From assembly GCA_951406725.2 (NCBI GenBank), contig OX597836.1, forward strand, positions 34,906,001 through 34,970,000: 64,000 nucleotides of DNA, given 5' to 3'. Shown piece after piece: positions 39,537-52,240 of this stretch. Both the position numbers and the translations under genes were made by a program. Numbering within the stretch: position 1 is the first letter of the stretch; every line of letters begins with the position of its first letter. Source of the stretch: Octopus vulgaris. Lineage: Eukaryota. A model generated the notes under the pieces. It searched no databases. It was given only the letters and a program-made list of their open reading frames with translations, and had not been told where the DNA came from.

Positions 39537-40788
39537 AAAAGGATTTACAATACAGTCGAAGCACTGAACCTGAAGAAGGGACAAGCGTCGAGACTAAAAC
39601 GTATTTTAATGACGAACCTGAAGTCCGAGCTATACACACACCTTGCTACTAAAGACAAGGAAAAGCGAGATGCCCTCGCTAAAGTGAAGGACTTACTTAC
39701 TAATCAAGAATTCAAACAGTTGAAAGAACTACTCCGTCGTGAAAGTAACTCTGTATGGAACAGGTGCGTACAACACTTTGAAGAGAGATGCAGCACGGAC
39801 TTTGTCAGTGAACAGGTCGCGGATTTTAGCGACGAAAATATTTTGACAAATTAAACTTAAATGTTGAAGTGAAGCGAACGGCTTTTGTGTGTTTCTTAAA
39901 TGGCTTATAAACACCTTCCACGCTGTAATTGTTTTCGTTTCAGCACACGATCTCAGATCAAATTACTTGCTATGCGAGTACATCTCCGTAATATATATAT
40001 ATATATATATATCCCCCTCTTCCCCCCTCTCCTCCCCCTCTTCTTCCCCTCCCCTTCTCTCCCCTCTCCTCCTCCCCTCTCCCTCCTCTCTTCTCCTCAC
40101 TACACCACATGACTTTACACATCACATCACATATGATGTGCCATACTAATACACACACCAACTAATACATACTAATACGTACTAATACGTACTAATGCAT
40201 ACTAGTACATACTAATACATACACCAACCCTATACATACACACGTCCAGACCCCGCATACGCACTTATACTCTCTCATACACACACACACACACTTATAC
40301 ATACCAATACGTACTAATACATACTAATACATACACCAACCCCATACATACGCACGTCCAGACCAATCCTACGCACTAATACTCTCTCATACACACACAC
40401 ACACACACACACACACCCTTATACATACTAATACATACACCAACCCTATACATACACACATCCAGACCCCTCCTACGCACTATTAGCTGGTCCCTCAACC
40501 CTTTTATCAACCCTATTATCTCCCCTTATTTCGCTCTCGCGTCTCATGTTTGATCTTTGACCTCTGGCCGAAATCAGATTGCCATGTTGATTCGTTAGCT
40601 ACTGCATGCATTTTTTTCTCTCCTTCTTTCTGTGTTTTTCTCTCTCTGTGTATCTTTCTGTTGAAGAGCGTAGGCTCGAAACGTTAAAGACTTGTTTTAT
40701 TTATATTTCCTGAGCGCCATACTAATACAATTGTTCGTTTGTTTTCCACCTGCCTTCGTCTTTTGTTTATTTTCATAAAGCTTCCCGT

Positions 40789-40820
<32 letters not shown>

Positions 40821-41220
40821 TATACTAAATGTTCCACTATATTAAATTGTAAATTGAAAGATTTGTCCTTCAATGTATGATGAGTAAAATTTCATAAAGT
40901 CCATACTTGAAAAAGAGACTCTCCTGTGTTGAGGTTACAAATGATAGAATACAAATTGACAACTACTGAGTCTGTTGTCTGATCTTCAACTGATTTAGTC
41001 TCATATCTCACTGATTGACAGTTAAATAAATATTAAGTTTTATCATACAGGAGCAACTGGTTCTACAAATTAAAGTGAAATGGTTTTATTCAAATATTAG
41101 GATAGCCTTTGTTCAATGTTGTATTTTCAAAAGTCAAAACATGTGTAGAACTCTGTGTGTGTGTGTGCGTGCGTGTGTGTGTGTGAGTTTAATACAGTTT
41201 ACTTAGCAAATTTGGTCCTT

Positions 41221-41268
<48 letters not shown>

Positions 41269-41733
41269 CTGGCCTAACCAAAGCCTTGGAAGTGGATTTG
41301 GTAGACAAGCTAAAAGAAACTTGTATGTATGCATGTATGTACGTACGTATGTATGTATGTATTTATGTATGTCTTTGTGTCTGTGCTTGTCTTCCCACCA
41401 TTGCTTCACAACCAACGTTGGTGTGTTTATATCCTTATAACTTAACAGTTCGGCAAAAGAGACTGATAGAATAAGTACTAGACTTACAAAGAATAAGTCC
41501 TGGGGTTGATTTCTTTGACTAAAAAACTTTGTAAGATGGTGCTCCAGCATGGCCGCAGTGAAATGACTGAAACCAGTAAAAGAATAAATGTGTGTGTGTA
41601 TACACATACACAGGATTAGAGAGAGAGAGAGAAAGAGAAATGACCAGTGAACGAGAGTCAGAGAGAGTTATGGAAAGAGTGTAATGATGATCACAGCATG
41701 TTTTAAAATGGTATGTTGTCACTCTTGTTGCAG

Positions 41734-41830
41734 GTGAGTTTGCCAACAACCTGCCTGATTACCAAAAGATTGATACCATGATGTTTGTATTGGGAAAATT
41801 ACCTCAGAAAACCAATCATGAAGACTATGG
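41734..41830 (+). CDS. EFR3: EFR3 exon (GEFANNLPDYQKIDTMMFVLGKLPQKTNHEDY)
   Basis: ttgcAG / GG|GTAAGT; motif NLPDYQ....MMF..GK.P; phase 1 to 2. Confidence 0.94.
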
Positions 41831-42937
41831 GTAAGTGATTCTCTCTCTATATTGCTTATCTCACATAACTATATATTTTTCTTGCAGATAGCACCCTGGG
41901 AAATTTTCTAATATCATTAATTTAAATCACCTTATCATACAAGTAATATATTCACCTTTGTGTCAATCTTTGGCATGGCAGTTAAATGTTTGTCTATGCC
42001 TTGCTGAAAAGGCCTCATTATACCGAAACACATCCATAATTGTCTCTGTACTTACAAGAGATCAGACTCTCTTCCCATTACATTTCCCATGTAAATTTTT
42101 ATTGATCTCAATTTATGGAGATCATTTCCTAATTGTTTAATTTTTAAGAAGTTTAGTGGTGTTTTTTATGTGCCACCTGCACAGGAGTCAGTCCAGTGGC
42201 ACTGGCAACGACTTCGCTCAAATGTTTTGTTCATGTGCCACCAGCACAAGTGCCAGTAAGGTGACGCTGGTAACGATCATGCTCAAATGGTGCTTTTTAC
42301 GTGCCACCGGCACAGAAGCCAGACAGCTGCTCTGGCAGTGATCCCGCTCGGATGGAGCTGTTAGCGCTCAATTGGCACGGGTGCCAGTCATCGAATTTGG
42401 TTCAATTTCGATTTCACTTGCCCCAACAGGTCTTCGCAAGCAGAGTTTAGTGTCCAATGAAGGGATGTTGGCATGGGTGAGGCCTAATGTTCGAAGGTCG
42501 TGCTTCAGCACCTCATCCCAGGTTTTCCTGGGTCTACCTCTTCCACAGGTTCCCTCAACCGCTAGGGTGTGGCACTTTTTCACACAGCTATCTTCATCCA
42601 TTCTTGCCACATGACCATACCAGCACAATTGTCTCTCTTGCACACCACAACTGATGCCTGTAAACTGAAATTTCGATTTCACTTGCCCCAACAGGTCTTC
42701 GCAAGCAGAGTTTAGTGTCCACACAGCCACTTACGAACCACATGGTTCCCGGTTCAGTCCTACTGGATCAACAGTATCAGCACTTCACAATCTCTGGGTC
42801 ACAGCCTTTATTCTGCAAAAGATGCAAAGACAGAGTCTTTTACTTCTAAGTAGAATTTCACGAGATAAAAGAATGGTGAATGGGCTTAATGGATTCCTGT
42901 TGTATAGTTTATGCTATGTCCTCGTTATTTGGTATAA

Positions 42938-43280
42938 AGTTAGTTAATTAGTTAGTTAGTTAGTTAGTTAGTTAATTTGGCTCAAAAGCAAATAGCAAGG
43001 CCATGTAGGGGGACATGGAGTTAAGTACAGGGTGGTGTTCATGTAAAGAGTTCAGGCCACTTGAGGTCCAGGGAGGCTTTGAACAAAGCGGTCGTCGGCA
43101 TCTTCACCATCTCGTCTGGCAGCTTGTTCCACGGATCCGCAACCCGGACGGAGAAAGCTCCTCTCCTTCGATTGAGATGAAATCGTCGCAGGTAGAGCTT
43201 TTCGGAATGACCCCGCAGCCGACGCTCTGGAGCAGGAGTGAAGAACAGCTCTTTCGAGAGGTTACACTTTCCGCTTATGA
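42938..43280 (-). mobile_element. CR1-clade LINE 3' fragment with (CTAA)n tail
   Basis: Minus-strand translation ..RRLRGHSEKLYLRRFHLNRRRGAFSVRVADPWNKLPDEMVKMPTTALFKASLDLKW*. Confidence 0.85.
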
Positions 43281-44134
43281 TCCCTTATGTTATGTTCTCT
43301 CTGAAGGTGCATGGCACAGTGGTTAGAGCGTTAGGCTCACAATCATGAGGTTGTGAGTTCAATTCCCTGACCGGGCTATGTGCTGTGTTCTTGAGCAAGA
43401 CACTTTATTTCACATTGCTCCAGTTCACTCATCCGTAGAAATGAGTTGTGATGCCACTGGTGCCAAACTGTATCGGTGTTTCCCTTGGATAACATCGATG
43501 GCATAGAGAGCGGGAGGCTGGTATGCATGGGTGAGCTGGCAGAAACGTTAGCACGCCGGGCGAGATACGTAGCCGTATTTCGTCTGCCATTACGTTCTGA
43601 GTTCAAATTCCGCTGAGGTCGACTTTGCCTTTCATCCTTTCGGGGTCGATAAATTAAGTACCAGTTACGCACTGGAGTCGATGTAATTGACTTAATCTGT
43701 GTGTCTGTGCTTGTTTGTCCCCTCTGTGTTTAGCCCCTTTTGGGTAGTAAAGAAATAGGTATTTCGTCTGCCGTTACGTTCTGAGTACAAATTCCACCAA
43801 GGTCGACTTTGCCTTTCATCCTTTCGGGGTCGATAAATTAAGTACCAGTTATGCACTGGAGTCGATGTAATTGACTTAATCTGTGTGTCTGTGCTTGTTT
43901 GTCCCCTCTGTGTTTAGCCCCTTTTGGGTAGTAAAGAAATAGGTATGCATGGGTGACTGCTGGTCTTCCATAAACAATCTTGCCCAGACTTGTGCCTCGG
44001 AGGGGGACTTTCTAAGTGCAATCCCTTGGTCATTCATCACCGAAGGGGTTCTTTACCCTGTATAGTTTATGTTCTATCCTCTTTATTTGGTAGAAACTAC
44101 TTCTTAGGTTATGTTTTTTTTTTTCTGTTTTCAG

Positions 44135-44189
44135 GACACCGCCAATAGATATTCAACTACAGAACATGTTATTGAAGACTCTGTTAAAA
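44135..44189 (+). CDS. EFR3: EFR3 exon (TPPIDIQLQNMLLKTLLK)
   Basis: tttcAG / GTAAGT; phase 2 to 0; matches Q.MLL.SLL. Confidence 0.88.
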
Positions 44190-44897
44190 GTAAGTTAGTG
44201 ATACATACTGCTTATCGTCATCATCATCATCATTCTCATCACCACCACCACCACCATCACCACCACACTGATCACTATCATCATCATCCCCTCCATCACC
44301 TGTCATCTTCACCATCGTTGTTGCTGTTATATTGTTATTAGCAATGTGTCAACACAAAAACTACCACCACCACCACCACTATCGCCATTGTCATTCTTGT
44401 CATTACCATCCCGACTACACAACTCTCATTGCCATCCTCACCGTCATCTCTACCACCACCACCACCACTACCGTCGCCATCATTGTCATCACCACCTCCA
44501 TCATCGACCTTTGCCACCACCACCTCCGCCAACATCATCACTGCCATCGACGCCACCACCACTACAACCACCATCATCATAACTCCCCTCCCCCCGCTTC
44601 ATGTTCAACATCATTGTCGTATTGTTCTCATCATTGTCATTGGCTTCATCACTATCACCACCACCACCACCATCATATTCTCATCATCATTTATCCTAAC
44701 TACACAACCATCATGTCGTCATCACAACCACTTTCTTATCATTATTGGATATCTCTTTATCTCATTGATTTCAGAAGGAAAGTGGGCAAAGTTGATCAAC
44801 TCTCTTAAAATCACAAACATTTTATGACTTTGTCTGAATATAATGAATCATTTTAATCATCATTATCAATCAATTGAATGTTAGAAAACAAAAGAAA

Positions 44898-44899
<2 letters not shown>

Positions 44900-44929
<30 letters not shown>

Positions 44930-45655
44930 TGTTTAACGTCCGCTTTCCATGCTAGCATGGGTTGGACGATTTGACAGAGGACTGGCAAACCAGATGGCTG
45001 CACCAGGCTCCAATCTTGATCTGGCAGAGTTTCTACAGCTGGATGCCCTTCCTAACACCAGCCACTCCGAGAGTGTAGTGGGTGCTTTTACGTGCCACCG
45101 CCACGAGGGCCACTCAGGCGGTACTGGCAACGGCCTCACTCGAAATGGTGTTTTTTATGTGCCACCTGCACAGGAGTCAGTCCAGTGGCACTGGCAACGA
45201 CTTCGCTCAAATGTTTTGTTCATGTGCCACCAGCACAAGTGCCAGTAAGGTGACGCTGGTAACGATCATGCTCAAATGGTGCTTTTTACGTGCCACCGGC
45301 ACGGAAGCCAGACAGCTGCTCTGGCAGTGATCCCGCTCGGATGGAGCTGTTAGCACTCAATTGGCACGGGTGCCAGTCATCGAATTTGGTTCAATTTCGA
45401 TTTCACTTGCCCCAACAGGTCTTCGCAAGCAGAGTTTAGTGTCCAATGAAGGGATGTTGGCATGGGTGAGGCCTAATGTTCGAAGGTCGTGCTTCAGCAC
45501 CTCATCCCAGGTTTTCCTGGGTCTACCTCTTCCACAGGTTCCCCCAGGCCGCTAGGGTGTGGCACTTTTTCACACAGCTATCTTCATCCATTCTTGCCAC
45601 ATGACCATACCAGCACAATCGTCTCTCTTGCACACCACAACTGATGCTTGTAAAC
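44900..45655 (-). mobile_element. RTE LINE 3' fragment with the RT C-terminus joined to the abundant (GAT)n-tailed 3' UTR; near-identical partial copy at 42158-42665
   Basis: Minus-strand translation of the 42158 copy gives ..WYGHVARMDEDSCVKKCHTLAVEGTCGRGRPRKTWDEVLKHDLRTLGL, a typical RTE C-terminal motif. The 44900 copy is contiguous with the 3' UTR repeat and tail. Confidence 0.82.
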
Positions 45656-45684
45656 TGAAATGTTGAAACTTATTTTTTTTATTA

Positions 45685-45739
<55 letters not shown>

Positions 45740-45999
45740 GGCGGTGAGCTAGCAGAATCGTTAGCATGGTGGGTGAAATGCTTAGTGGTATTTCGTCTGC
45801 TGCTACATTCTGAGTTCAAATTCTGCCAAGGTCAACTGTGCCTTTCATCCTTTCAGGGTCGATAAACACTGGGAGCAATATGTAATCAACTAGTCACCTC
45901 CCCACAAAATTTCAGGCTTTTTGCCTATAGTAGAAAGGATTATTATTAAGGTGGTGAGCTCGCAGTATTGTTAGCACTGTCTCTCCCTTTTGTTTAAAT

Positions 46000-47281
46000 C
46001 AGGGGTTCTCAACCATTTTTTTTTTTTAATTGTGAACCCCTTTGGTTCCTATTTTACTTGGGTGGATCCCTATAGTCATTCAATGTTTAACAAATCATAT
46101 TATCATCATCGTTTAACGTCCGTTTTCCGTGCTAGCACGGGTTGGACGGTTCGACTGGGGTCTGAGAAGCCAGGAGGCTGCACCAGGCTCCAGTCTGATC
46201 TGGCAGTGTTTCTACAGCTGGATGCTCTTCCTAACGCCAACCACTCCGTGAGTGTAGTGGGTGCTTTTTATGTGCCACCAGCACAGATGCCAGGGGAGGC
46301 TGGCAGCGGCCACGATCGGTTGGTGCTTTTTACGTGCCGCCGGCACAGAAGCCAGTCAAGGCGGCGCTGGCACCGGCCACGTTCGGATGGTGCTTTTTAC
46401 GTGCCACTGCACAGGTATCACAACTACAATTTCCATTTGATATTTATTTTGATGTTGATGTACTTGACTCAATAGGTCTCTTCATGCATGGCAGGTCACC
46501 ATACGATCCAAGGTAAGCACAGCAGGTCGTACTGCAATCCAAGGTACTTCGGATGGGCTGGGGCTATGCGAAACTGGTGCAGGAAGCAGCCATGAACTCA
46601 CATTATTTGTCGGGTCTTTGCAGTTATTTTTATAATCAAATATATTTTTATGAAGTGTATAAAAATTGCTTAATTATTTTGTGTGTTGTGCAGGTATAAT
46701 CAATTTATTGCACGCAAACTTTACTGGTCTAAGCACAATTTATTCATGACCCCTGAAAAATTACTGTGGACCCCCCCAGTTTACTATATTGCATCTGTGG
46801 ACCGCAGAAATTTTATATGGACCCCGGTTCAGAACCCCTGGTTTACTATATTGTATCTGTGGACCGCAGAAATTTTATATGGACCCCGGTTGGAGAACCC
46901 CTGGTTTACTATATAGTATCTGTGGACCGCAGGAATTTTATATGGACCCCGGTTGGAGAACCCCTGGTTTACTATATTGTATCTGTGGACTGCAGAAATT
47001 TTATATGGACTCCGGTTGGAGAACCCCTGGTTTACTATATTGTATCTGTGGACTGCAGAAATTTTATATGGACTCCGGTTGGAGAACCCCTGGTTTACTA
47101 TATTGTATCTGTGGACCGCAGAAATTTTATATGGACTCCGGTTGGAGAACCCCTGGTTTACTATATTGTATCTGTGGACCGCAGAAATTTTATATGGACT
47201 CCGGTTGGAGAACCCCTGGTTTACTATATTGTATCTGTGGACCGCAGAAATTTTATATGGACCCCGGTTGGAGAACCCCTG
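46000..47281. mobile_element. hAT-type non-autonomous element with a nested RTE tail and a tandemly amplified right end
   Basis: TIRs CAGGGGTTCTC(C)AACC and an 8-bp TSD GTTTAAAT (45992-45999, 47282-47289). Confidence 0.88.
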
Positions 47282-47283
47282 GT
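46779..47283. repeat. 63-bp minisatellite, about 8 copies, each containing the hAT right TIR
   Basis: Unit TTTACTATATTGTATCTGTGGACCGCAGAAATTTTATATGGACCCCGGTTGGAGAACCCCTGG; 21-aa periodicity in the ORF track. Confidence 0.92.
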
Positions 47284-47330
47284 TTAAATCAACAGCAATT
47301 GCAATAAAGGATTATTTCTGCCCATTTCAG

Positions 47331-47503
47331 GTGGCGACCAAATACCAAACAGTTGTCATGATGAATGCTTTCCCACCAGAATTCCTCATTCCCTTGTTGA
47401 AGATGTCGCAGGTGGAGGAGCCTGCTTTGCGTCTCATTGTGCAAGACATCCTCCACACCCTCATTGATCGCCATGGAAACACTCAGAAGCTGAAGAACGT
47501 CTG
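47331..47503 (+). CDS. EFR3: EFR3 exon (VATKYQTVVMMNAFPPEFLIPLLKMSQVEEPALRLIVQDILHTLIDRHGNTQKLKNV)
   Basis: tttcAG / TG|GTCAGT; motif FL.PLL......LR..V....H.L.DRH.N..KL; phase 0 to 2. Confidence 0.94.
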
Positions 47504-48502
47504 GTCAGTATCCTTCTTTCTTGTCTATCGACCTTTATTCATTCCTTCCTTCAACACTACTGCCTCTTCTGCTGGCACTACTATCACTACAACAGCTGCA
47601 GCTACTGCTACTACTACCACTGCTACCGCTACTGTTGCTGTTGCTGCTACTGCGAATATAATCCCATACACCGCCACTATGATTAATATTATTACCAACG
47701 CTGCTGTCATCAACTCCATAGAGTTTATTGGGTGCGTTTAACATGGCACCAGCACAAGTGCCCCTTGTGTGGTACCGGCATGGGCGCCCCCTGCGTGGCA
47801 TCGGCACGGGCGCCCCTTGCTGTCATCACTATTACTACAACTGCTGCCAAACACTGCAAAAGCTCCCGGTTTGGTTTGAGTACAGGCAGTTTCATATCGC
47901 CTTTAGAAATAGCAGTTAAATCTCCCTCAGATCATGGTGACATGGTGACCCCCTTCGGTTAGACACTGACCATGGGTTTGCATCTAGAGAGTTACCCTCC
48001 GAGGCACAAGTCTGGGCAAGGTTGTTTTTTATGGAAGACCAGCAGTTGCCCATGCATACCGGCCTCCCCTCTCCCTGTCACCGATGTTGTCCAAGGTAAA
48101 GGCAAAGGGGCCGATACAGCTTGGCACCTGTGACGTTGCAACTCATTTCTACAGCTGAGTGAACTGGAGCAACGTGAAATAAAGTGTCTTGCTCAAGAAC
48201 ACAACATGCAGCCCGGTCCGGGATTCGAGCTCACAACCTCACGATCGTAAGCTCGACGCTCTAACCACTGTTGTTCATGTTTTCTCAACTCTTTCACATC
48301 GACCATCACGATCCCACACAGCATTTGGGGAGTTGAGCAGGGAGGGCAACATCCTATGGCTGTACACCTCTCGTCTATGAAGGTTTATGTGGCTGTATGG
48401 TCAACCAGTGTATATCAGTATTAGGGGGGACCCTAGGAAAGCATCACTAATGAGTTCATGCTAGCCTTTGCAGCATCATCCAACAAAAGAGCTTTGTGTG
48501 TG

Positions 48503-49000
48503 TCTCTCTCTCTCTCCCCCTTTCTCTCTCTCTCTCCCTCTTTCTCTCTCTCCCTCCCTCTTTCTCTCCCTCCCTCCCTCTTTCTCTCTCTCTCTCCCTC
48601 TTTCTCTCTCTCCCTCCCTCTTTCTCTCTCTCCCTCCCTCTTTCTCTCTCTCCCTCCCTCTTTCTCTCTCTCCCTCCCTCTTTCTCTCTCCCTCTTTCTC
48701 TCCTTCTCTCTCCCTCCCTCTCTCTCTTTATCCCTCTTTCTCTCTCTCTCTCCCTCTCTTTCTCTGTCTCCCTCCCTCCCTCTTTCTCTGTCTCCCTCTT
48801 TCTCTCTCTCCCTCTCTTTCTCTCTTTCTCCCTCCTCTCTCTCCCTCCCTCTTTTCCTCCTCTCTCTCCCCTCCCTCTTTCGCTTTCTCTCTCTCTCTCC
48901 CTCTTTCTCTTTCTCTCTCTCCCTCTTTCTCTTTCTCTCCCTCTTTCTCTCTCCCTCCTCTCTCCCTCCTCTCTCTCCCCCTCTCTTTTTCTCTCTCTCT
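48503..49000. repeat. CT-rich polypyrimidine microsatellite
   Basis: About 500 bp of nearly pure C/T. Confidence 0.95.
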
Positions 49001-50356
49001 AGTGACACCCGTGATTACAAGAAGACTTGTAGTCTTCATTTGGTGAGATGCTTTTACCAAGGGATATGTCATCATCATCATCATCATCACCATCATCATC
49101 ATCTAGACATAAGCATGGCTGTGTGGTAAGTAGCTTGCTTCCCAGTCACATGGTTCTAGGTTCAGTCTCATTGTACGGCACTTGGGGCGAGTGTCTTTTG
49201 CTCTAGCCTCAGGTTGACCAGAACCTTGTGAGTGGATTTGGTAGATGGCAACTGAAAGGAGCCCACCATACATATCTGTGTGTGTGTGTGCGTGCGTGCG
49301 TATGCACCACCACCCCCACCCTGTACCACTTCATAACCAGTGCTGGTGTGTTTGTGCTCCTGTGACTTAGCAGTTCAGCTAAAGAAACTGCTAGAATAAG
49401 TACCAGGTTTAACACAAAATGATAAGTACTGGGGTTAATTCATTCAACGAAAATTTCCTCAGAGCAATGCCCCAGCATGGCCGGAGTGTAATGACTGAAG
49501 CAAGTAAAAGATATAAAATAGATAAATAGATTTAATGTCTGTTTTCCATGCTGGCATGGGTTGGATGGTTTGACCAAAGCTGCTAAATCCAAGGGTTGGC
49601 ACCAGGCTTCATTGTCCCTTCTGGCGTGGTTTCAATGGCTGGATGCCCTTCTTAATGCCAACCACTCCATGGGGTTTATTGGGTGCGTTTAACATGGCAC
49701 CAGCACAAGTGCCCCTTGTGTGGTAACGGCACGGGCGCCCCCTGCGTGGCACCGGCACAAGTGTCCCCCTGTGTGGTACCGGCACGGGCGCCACCTGCAT
49801 GGCACCAGCACAGGCGCTCCATGGGTGCTCCTAGTGTGGAACCACCACGGGCGCTCCCAGTGTGGAACTCCTAGTGTGGCACTGGCACTGGTATCAACTC
49901 TGCCGTTGAAGATGGGTCTATGTTGACATAAGTGGCATCCAGCCATGCCACCTGGTGTTTTTGGTGAGTTTCCAAGCAGTGTGTCCATACAACAGCATCA
50001 ATTCCTTTATAGCATGCAAGAAGCTTTTCTTAAGGTCACCAATAAGCAATGACATCTAGATGACACTGAAGCCATCAAGAACAGCTCATGCTTCTTGCAA
50101 GACAAATTATTTCCATTGTTTTAAGTGAATGTCTTGCTTAACCTTTCAGCTTGACCCAGATTTCTCAGTCAGGTGTAATGCTTTTTTATTCACACTGACA
50201 TGAATTAGTCATGCAATACTTTGTAGCTTTGAGATTTCAATGGTATGCTTGCTTGTTTTTAGAATAATATTGTAGGGTAAGTGTGAGAGATCTGGCTTGT
50301 TTGAAGATAAAGCAGGTTGATTATTTTGACTGGATTTGGCCAGTTTAAATGCTTAA

Positions 50357-50577
50357 CCCTTTTGTTACTAACCCGGCCAAAACCGGCTCTGGCTCTGTGG
50401 TAAAATGTCTTGTTTTCATAAGTTTTGAATTAAAATCTTCCACCAAACCTTAGTCACAATTTCTGTTCCTAACACTAGCTGAATGATAACTAATTTATTT
50501 TACTAAATTCTTTGTTATATTTTAAAATAATTGAAAGAAACACAGAACATCTCAAAATAAATACGGTAACGAAAGGG
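50357..50577. mobile_element. piggyBac-like MITE
   Basis: TTAA|CCCTTTTGTTAC ... GTAACGAAAGGG|TTAA. Confidence 0.8.
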
Positions 50578-50679
50578 TTAAAGGTTAAATATACAAGATT
50601 CAAGCCATTGTTTTTCATCAAAGAAATTTCTTTCTAAAATAATGTTTTTTTTATATTTTTTGATATTTCATTTGTTCAG

Positions 50680-50749
50680 CATGTTGAAGGACCTCTCTGA
50701 GCTGACCATTGAAACCACCCCACGTCAAGATATCATGTTTATGAAGAAG
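50680..50749 (+). CDS. EFR3: EFR3 exon (MLKDLSELTIETTPRQDIMFMKK)
   Basis: ttcAG / GTAAGT; motif RQD..FMKK; phase 2 to 0. Confidence 0.92.
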
Positions 50750-51643
50750 GTAAGTGTGACGGAGGAGATTGTGAATTTTAAAATAGAACTCCTTCCTGAC
50801 TTGCATAGACTCACAGGGTCAGTTACCCAGGTTCTGTGGTGTATATACTCCCCGCTGGATGGGATGCTGGTCTGTTACAAGATTACTCATTTTTGCCACC
50901 TGAATGGACAGGAATGACAAAATGAAGTGTTTTGCTGAAGCACACAATGCTTTGCCCAGTTCAGGAATTGAAACCACAATCTTATGATCACAAGTCCAGC
51001 ACCTTAACCACTTAGCCATGTGATTCCAGAAAAGATAAAACTCATTCTCAAGTCTTATAAAGTCATTAGGCTGGTTCCTTTGGTGTATGTATTCCCCAAT
51101 AGATAGGAACTTAGTCTGTCGCAGGAATACATGCCTTTGCCTGCTTAGTGGACTGGTGTAATGTGGAATGAAGTGTTCTTCTCAAGAACAATGCATTGCC
51201 CAGTCCAAGAATTGAAACCACAATCTTACGATCCTGAGTTCAACACTTTCACCACTAAGCCATGTGCTTCCAATACAATTATGAAGTTTACTTATATTGA
51301 ATGTGTGTGTGTTGGAAAGAGGAGAGAAAGAGAGAGAGGGGTTATCGTCTATTCACTCAGCTCTATATAATACTCTTAGTGTTATAAATATTTATACTCA
51401 AAATGAGTGTGTGTGCATGAGAAACTATCATGTTTACTCTCTCTCAGCCCTCTATAACTTCCTTAGTGTTTTCACCATTTACAGTGCATGTGTTCAACCC
51501 ATGTCCAATGCCTGTGTCCAACCCATGCCGGCAAGGAAAGCACATTAACAGATGCTGATTATGTGTGAATGAGAGAGAGAGAGTCTGTGTCCTGCATATG
51601 CCATCGGTTCCATATAGCAATTCTCTCTGTTTTATAATTCCAG

Positions 51644-51805
51644 AATGGCAACCATTTTTATCATCACCTCTATGAAAATATTGAAATGAACTCAAACCAT
51701 GTGGAGAACTTTGAGGCCCTTTACTGCACCATGGCTCTGATACTAGTTGAGCTTGGTAGTAGTGATTTACTGGTTGACCTCTGCAGACTTGCTCTTGACG
51801 TACAG
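51644..51805 (+). CDS. EFR3: EFR3 exon (NGNHFYHHLYENIEMNSNHVENFEALYCTMALILVELGSSDLLVDLCRLALDVQ)
   Basis: ttccAG / CAG|GTAAAT; 162 nt, phase 0 to 0; matches NG...Y.H.Y......N...N.E.LY...ALI..EL......DL.RLA. Confidence 0.94.
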
Positions 51806-51935
51806 GTAAATAGACTTCTAAGTATTGTTCTTGTTTAACTCCAGGTGATAAGTACAAGTTAAGCGTTGGAGATTGATGTAATCGACTCTACCCATCTCTG
51901 CTCAAATTCCAGATATTGTGTCTGTAGTAGAAAAG

Positions 51936-52024
<89 letters not shown>

Positions 52025-52196
52025 AGGCAAGATGGAAGAATCATTTGCACATCAAGCAAAATGCCTAAGCAGCATTTGTCCATCTTTATGTCCTGAGTTT
52101 CAAATTCATCATCGTTTAACGTCCGTTTTCCATGTTAGCATGGGTTGGACAGTTCGACCGGGGTTTAGGAAGCCAGAAGGGTGCACCAGGCTCCAG

Positions 52197-52240
<44 letters not shown>

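Noticed and set aside
39609-39854. 81-aa non-repetitive ORF (MTNLKSELYTHL...)
   Set aside because: No recognisable domain, not needed for EFR3 continuity (34461 joins 41734 in phase), and bounded by (TA)n tracts like a transposon remnant
44200-44810. His/Thr/Pro-rich ORFs
   Set aside because: Degenerate (CAC/CAT)n low-complexity tract downstream of the donor at 44190
46766-47307. Regularly spaced repeats or repeat ORFs resembling a CRISPR array
   Set aside because: Units are identical throughout, have no spacers and are explained as an amplified hAT terminus
48433-49129. E/R/G-rich and S/L/P-rich ORFs
   Set aside because: CT microsatellite
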